Assembly: GCA_964577695.1 (NCBI GenBank)
Contig: CAZOAL010000003.1
Span: forward strand, 163,486-227,485
DNA from: an uncultured bacterium
GTDB taxonomy: Bacteria; Poribacteria; WGA-4E; PCPOR2b
Length of the DNA stretch: 64,000 bases
Direction: 5' to 3'
Below, one piece after another: positions 59,398 to 64,000 of the stretch; positions within the stretch are counted from its first letter, which is position 1; each line of letters opens with the position of its first letter. The position numbers were made by a program, and so were the translations under genes. Below the pieces are notes generated by a model that worked only from the letters and a program-made list of their open reading frames with translations, did not search any database and had not been told where the DNA came from.

Positions 59398-60618
59398 TCA
59401 GGGTTCAAACGCGTCTTGTTCCTTAATGGCATTTTCTTCATAGGCGCGAATTATTTCGACGTTCTTTCTTTCGATTTCGTTGAGCAAGCCTTCGCTGAAG
59501 TTCGGGTTAGGTTTGTACCAATTAAAACTGGAGAAGTAGTTTTGCAGCCACTTATTCTCAAACACTTTACCGCGGCGGGCATAGATCTCGTCGCGCAACT
59601 TGCTCGCGTCTTCAAGAAACAGGCCATCAAGCAAACTTTCAGAAATGGACTTGGTGCTCAGCTCATCGTGAATTCTGCGCTCGAGCTTGACAATCGTCGC
59701 GATATTCTTGATTTCAATCGGGGATAGTTCCGGCTCGCGGAAATCCTTCATCGGTTCGTACCAGGGATGCATATTGAAGTATGTTTGAATCCATTCCGTG
59801 CGGAAGCGACACCCTCGTAATGCATAGACTTCATTTCGCAGTATGCGCAGTTCGTAAAGTCCTAGCCCGTGCAGCATGTCTTCGGTGATAAGTTTGTTTT
59901 GAAACATGTCCATGTCGCCAGGTAACAGGCTGAATTTGCTTTGCTTCTTTTCTACCGCACGAATTGTCGTCAGGTTCTTGCGTTCGGTTTCAGTGAGCTG
60001 CTTGGGGTCGTATTTCTCGCTCGGTTTGTACCAGTAACGTTCCTCGAAATATCGCTGGATCCACGGCTCGTCGTCAAAGCGTTTGCCGTGAATGGCTTCG
60101 ATCTCTGCACGCAAAATGCGATACTCTGCTCGCGAGTGCTCACCCAACTGCCCCTCAGTGATGAAGCGGTCACGATAAAATCGCATGTCACCCAGCTCAA
60201 TGTGTTCATGTTCCCTGGCTTCGGCTTCGCGGATGATGTCAAGGTTTTTGCGTTCGGTGTCGTTTAGCATCGCGTTTTGAAACTTAGGGTCTGGTTTGTA
60301 CCACGGACGATGCTCGAGGAACCCCTGCTGGATGTCCCGCTTTTTAAATACCCGCCCGTGACGACCAAAGACGATAGCACGTAGTACTTGCAGCCTGTCG
60401 AGCGGTTCGCCATATTCATCCCCATCGGAGTCAAAGTTCTTAACTTGCTCCGGGCCGATCTCATCTTTGGTGAAATCAAACTTCTCCCACTCTTCCACAA
60501 ACTTTAGGTCCACAAAGCCGATGAGAGGCTCCTGGGCATTAAGACGGGATGGCCGAACCACGAGCAGCACAGTGAGAATCAAGAAAATACGAAAAGTGAA
60601 GTGATATAAGGTTGACAC
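59398..60618 (-). CDS. secreted YARHG-domain repeat protein (four repeats)
   Basis: four repeats of ...YAxRGxxF...W.Q.YF...WYKP...ERKN..IIR; RBS aaggagg 6 nt before GTG 60618; signal/TM LILTVLLVV. Confidence 0.65.
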   Translation of the reverse strand: MSTLYHFTFRIFLILTVLLVVRPSRLNAQEPLIGFVDLKFVEEWEKFDFTKDEIGPEQVKNFDSDGDEYGEPLDRLQVLRAIVFGRHGRVFKKRDIQQGFLEHRPWYKPDPKFQNAMLNDTERKNLDIIREAEAREHEHIELGDMRFYRDRFITEGQLGEHSRAEYRILRAEIEAIHGKRFDDEPWIQRYFEERYWYKPSEKYDPKQLTETERKNLTTIRAVEKKQSKFSLLPGDMDMFQNKLITEDMLHGLGLYELRILRNEVYALRGCRFRTEWIQTYFNMHPWYEPMKDFREPELSPIEIKNIATIVKLERRIHDELSTKSISESLLDGLFLEDASKLRDEIYARRGKVFENKWLQNYFSSFNWYKPNPNFSEGLLNEIERKNVEIIRAYEENAIKEQDAFEP

Positions 60619-60654
60619 GGCAATCCTCCTTTGGTAAGGAATAGGAAAAATCAA

Positions 60655-60795
60655 GTCTAACACGGTATTAGGGCGTGTTGACGAACTCGGGGAAATGCGC
60701 TTGTAGCCTAAGTTTCTAACTTGGCCCCAAGCACTAAACCAAGATAGAATCTTGGGCTACGACGGGATCGAAAAATAGTTCGTCAACACGCCCTA
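60655..60795. repeat. MITE-like element family B, full copy (inverse of the 46075-46215 copy)
   Basis: direct comparison. Confidence 0.85.
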
Positions 60796-60844
60796 GTCTC
60801 CCTGTCTCCTTGTCCCCTATCTTTCCCTCCTTCCATTCCATCCC

Positions 60845-61879
60845 TTACCATCCGCCTCTTTCGGCAACGAAATCCTCGACCTCACGCATCGTCGGCATAA
60901 AGTTCGCGCAGCCGTGCCGGGTCACGACAATCGCTCCGGTCGCGTTGCCGAGGCGAGCGGATTTCTCCCACCCCCAGCCTTTCAGGCATCCGTAGATAAA
61001 ACCGCTGGCAAAGGCATCCCCAGCCCCAAGCGTATTGTAAACCTCCACGGGGAACGGATCGGCGTTGATCACTTCTCCGCTGGGCAGATAAACGGTTGCC
61101 CCTTCAATCCCACGCTTCATCACTAATGCTTCCGGCCCACCGCCCAGAATCGTCTCAATGGCGTCTGCTACATCACCTTTGATAGTCGGAGCGGAGAGCT
61201 GGGAGTGCTCGATGGAGAGCTGGGAGAGGTCGGTGAGGGTCGCGGCTTTGACCTCCGCTTCTGTGCCGACGGCGATGTCAACCAGCCGTAACGCGGATCT
61301 GATTACCACGCCGAAGGCGCGGGGGTCGTGCCATTGGTCTGCGCGAAAATCCAGGTCTAAAAACACTTTCGTCTCCGTCCCGTGAGTCTTCGACCCGACA
61401 CCTCTCGCACTCTCAGCCGCGAAGAGCGTCGCGCTACGGCTCGGTTCTTTGCTGAGCCCCGTTCCCGAAATCAGCAGGGCATCGCTATCGGCGATGGGGG
61501 CAGCGAGCACATCGTCGATCGTGAGTTCGATGTCAGCACAGTTGTCACGGTAGTAGACCAGTGGAAACCGATCCGGCGGCTCAATTCCAAGCACGACTGC
61601 ACTGGTTCTATGTCCAGGTTTGCGAGGGATGAATTTTGTCTCTATGCCCTCATCATTCAGGAATTTGAGAATGAAATCGCCGACCGGGTCTTGACCCAAA
61701 GCGGTGAGCAGTGCGGCTCGGAGCCCAAGCCGCCGCGTCCCGACGCTGATGTTTGTCGGGCAGCCCCCCACATACGCTGCAAAGTTGGTGATTTCAGTAA
61801 AGGGGGCACCGATATCGTTGGAATAGAGATCGATGGAACTGCGCCCCATCGACAGAATATCATAAATTCGTTTGCTCAT
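60845..61879 (-). CDS. iolC: 5-dehydro-2-deoxygluconokinase (PfkB family)
   Basis: N-terminus parallels IolC (ILSMGRSSIDLY...YVGGCPTNISVGTRRLGL); near iolD. Confidence 0.65.
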   Translation of the reverse strand: MSKRIYDILSMGRSSIDLYSNDIGAPFTEITNFAAYVGGCPTNISVGTRRLGLRAALLTALGQDPVGDFILKFLNDEGIETKFIPRKPGHRTSAVVLGIEPPDRFPLVYYRDNCADIELTIDDVLAAPIADSDALLISGTGLSKEPSRSATLFAAESARGVGSKTHGTETKVFLDLDFRADQWHDPRAFGVVIRSALRLVDIAVGTEAEVKAATLTDLSQLSIEHSQLSAPTIKGDVADAIETILGGGPEALVMKRGIEGATVYLPSGEVINADPFPVEVYNTLGAGDAFASGFIYGCLKGWGWEKSARLGNATGAIVVTRHGCANFMPTMREVEDFVAERGGW

Positions 61880-62096
61880 TGTCTCTCCATGTTTTGGATT
61901 CTGCGATCAGGAATATGATTCTCTACCTTCTCCTGCGTGACCTTGGCCAATCGACGCTATGTTCTTCAGGGGTGTTCCGTTGCTAGTACCTGAGCGATGT
62001 CGAACGTACTTGCACGACCTTCCCAAGCCGCTTGGGTTATGAGTTACTCCATAAATTTCATTGTATCATCATTGAGTCATCTCGTCAATCAAATTC

Positions 62097-62621
62097 TTAG
62101 GTGATGTCGGGGCCAATCGCCTCGCGCACCGCCGCCACCACGTCAACGATATCCTCATCCTTCTCCTGCAAGCGGTTATGCGAATAGGGCCCCTTGATAC
62201 ACACCTCCGCCTTAATCGCGCTGAACCCAAATCCCACCGCATCCTTTGCCTTCGCTACGAGGCTTTCCCTGTACTCCGCCAACGTGTTGCCCGCCGGGAG
62301 AAGGCTGGCATACGGGGTCAGCTCGGGCTGTTTAGCGCCTCCCAATAGCTTCCAGATCGGTTTCCCCTCGGCTTTTCCGCGAATATCCCACAGTGCCATA
62401 TCAAGCGCACCCATGGCACAGATACCAAGCCCTCGCCGTCCGTTCATCGCAGAGCCGATGTACAGTTTTTCCCACAACGCCTCCACCTGTAGTGGGTCTT
62501 GACCGATGAGCATCTCCTTAAGCCCCAAGCCCATGCAGTGCGTTCCGGGTGCCTCGATCAACGCCTTTACCGCCCAGGGATTGGTGTCTGTTTCACCGAT
62601 ACCGACGAGCCCTTCGGTCAA
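62097..62621 (-). pseudogene. internal fragment of an enolase-superfamily (MR/MLE) dehydratase gene
   Basis: aligns to residues ~40-210 of the 20683..21810 protein (GIGET...ALWDIRGK...LLGG); it lacks the N-terminal about 40 aa and the whole C-terminal barrel; 5' side abuts the heptamer tract. Confidence 0.6.
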
Positions 62622-62720
62622 TTGTCAATTGTCAATTGTCAATTGTCAATTGTCGATTGTCAATTGTCGATTGTCGATCCCCTCCTTCCCTTCCTTCCCT
62701 TCCTTCCCTTTCTTCCTCTT
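62610..62720. repeat. (CAATTGT)x4(CGATTGT) tract followed by (CCTTCCCTT)n
   Basis: read directly. Confidence 0.9.
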
Positions 62721-62754
62721 AATGGGCAAATTCAAACCTAAATTGGTATAATGC

Positions 62755-64000
62755 CTATTTTACGCCTGACTTCAGTACATTGAGATAACCATCCGTGGTA
62801 CAGACGATAATCTCCGCAAAGCCATCCCCATCGATGTCAGCCAGGATGGGCGTATCCGGCTCGGCTGATAAATGCGCGCGCCACAGGGTATGATTGGGGG
62901 CGTCGTGGTCTAAGGCGATAATCTCGTTTGAGCCGAGCGGGTACAAAAATTCGTCACGTCCATCGGAATCGATATCGCCGCTGGCAAAGTGTCCGCCGCT
63001 CATGCTGCCGTGACTCCGCAATCCATCAACCCCCCATTTGACCTCGCCCGTTTTGCCATCGTAACAGGCGATGCGTCCATCAAGATGGTAAAACGCAATG
63101 TCGGGGATACCATCGCCATCACAATCGCCAACCCCCTGTAGCCCACGCGCACCGACGGAGTTATCCAGGGCTTTTTCCCAGAGAATCTCCATCGTTGGCG
63201 TAACGACTGTCAGACCGCCAATCGCAAACGAATTGGAAGCCAGCAGAAACTCGGTTTGACCATCGCCGTTGTAATCTGCCGGTATCGGCGTAAAATAGGA
63301 CTGCCAGCGGTGAAAGACCTCGTGCCAGATGTTAATCGGCTTGCGAAGGGGTTCGCCGGTGTTTCCATCTAAGACATAGTAGATATAGGCGTAACTCCCA
63401 TAGATTTCGTGGTAGCCATCCCCATCGGCATCGTAACACGCCCATTGGTTGGGATATGGCCAGGCCTGTCCCTTGTCATCTTGCCACGAACTCTTATGCC
63501 AGCGGACCTCGCCGGTTCGCCCGTCAAGGCAGAGCATTTCTGGCTGCGTACTTGCCTGAATCGTCATCAGGATGTCCCATCCCTCCTCCCGAAAACGCCC
63601 GACGCTGAACGTTTCCGTCAGGCGCGGGCCGATTTCCGCAAGCGCCGACTTCCAATAGATCGAGCCATCAGCGCGGAGGGCGTAGATTGTCGTGTGGGGT
63701 TCATCGCCGGCGTCGCAGCAGATGAGCTCCTTTTTTCCATCACCGTCGAGATCGACTGCGGGGAGGGCCGCATGCCCGGTTTTCCATGTGACCCACACCG
63801 GCTGGGCGTACCCGCGAAACTTCCATCGAGCTGTCGGGCGAGACTTTTGGTCGCGTGGTGGGTCAAGGAGTTCGATGAAGCCAGCGGCATCTTCGACGAT
63901 AATCTCGTTGTGACCATCTCCGTCCACATCCGCAATGGTCGGAGTGGTCCGAAAGTTCCCGGCTTGATAATGGGATTGGAGTTGCGCCGATGCGCCGTCG
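62755..64000 (-). CDS. FG-GAP/VCBS-type beta-propeller repeat protein, 5'-partial (continues past the window end)
   Basis: repeated D.DGDG....G motifs (DIDGDGF, DIDSDGR, DCDGDGIPD, DADGDGY); the frame stays open to nt 64000. Confidence 0.65.
   Translation of the reverse strand, partial: DGASAQLQSHYQAGNFRTTPTIADVDGDGHNEIIVEDAAGFIELLDPPRDQKSRPTARWKFRGYAQPVWVTWKTGHAALPAVDLDGDGKKELICCDAGDEPHTTIYALRADGSIYWKSALAEIGPRLTETFSVGRFREEGWDILMTIQASTQPEMLCLDGRTGEVRWHKSSWQDDKGQAWPYPNQWACYDADGDGYHEIYGSYAYIYYVLDGNTGEPLRKPINIWHEVFHRWQSYFTPIPADYNGDGQTEFLLASNSFAIGGLTVVTPTMEILWEKALDNSVGARGLQGVGDCDGDGIPDIAFYHLDGRIACYDGKTGEVKWGVDGLRSHGSMSGGHFASGDIDSDGRDEFLYPLGSNEIIALDHDAPNHTLWRAHLSAEPDTPILADIDGDGFAEIIVCTTDGYLNVLKSGVK

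Overview
This 64-kb window comes from a high-GC, repeat-rich bacterial chromosome, probably an uncultured heterotroph. Genes are mostly on the + strand up to about 53 kb, then mostly on the - strand.

Housekeeping and metabolic content I can support:
- infC-rpmI-rplT-pheS, with a T-box leader upstream of pheS.
- A TCA-related cluster: a citrate-synthase-like protein, icd and mdh.
- Inositol catabolism genes iolD and iolC, and a GalU-like gene.
- Gfo/Idh/MocA oxidoreductases, PhyH dioxygenases, enolase-superfamily dehydratases, an ASPIC/UnbV + TPR gene pair, and two ABC transporters.

Accessory and defense-like content:
- 12.0-16.2 kb: a BrnA-like antitoxin gene, an MmeI-like single-chain Type IIL/IIG restriction-modification gene, and a YefM/YoeB pair. 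The RM gene carries an internal (CAATCCG)n repeat whose length is not a multiple of 3.
- 23.4-26.9 kb: a lower-GC island of minus-strand hypothetical genes. It includes a 51-aa ORF that is absent from the ORF track and is translationally coupled to its downstream partner, and an overlapping gene pair arranged like an MNT/HEPN module.
- 33.2-38.4 kb: a cassette (NitT/TauT-type ABC transporter, membrane protein, B12-binding radical SAM enzyme) flanked by a roughly 285-bp duplicate of the mdh 3' end.
- 38.5-45 kb: an island with a VapB/PIN pair, a DUF559 endonuclease-like protein, an N-terminally truncated STAND-NTPase/TPR protein, a DUF2283 protein and several small hypotheticals.
- Elsewhere: a MazEF pair, a minimal nucleotidyltransferase pair, and a possible Cys/His toxin-immunity pair at 2.3-3.2 kb.

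The most unusual property is the load of small repeats:
- More than 20 heptamer/octamer tandem-repeat hairpin elements (GTGAAAC, GGAAGGAT, CTTGCAT, CAATTGT, GCGTATT, CACCTAA and others).
- At least three families of 100-200-bp palindromic MITE-like elements.
- A conserved motif placed just after the stop codons of three genes.
- A roughly 65-bp GC-rich palindrome inserted in frame inside two unrelated genes, an S58 peptidase and GalU, which recalls the RPE elements of Rickettsia.

I did not see tRNA or rRNA genes or CRISPR arrays.
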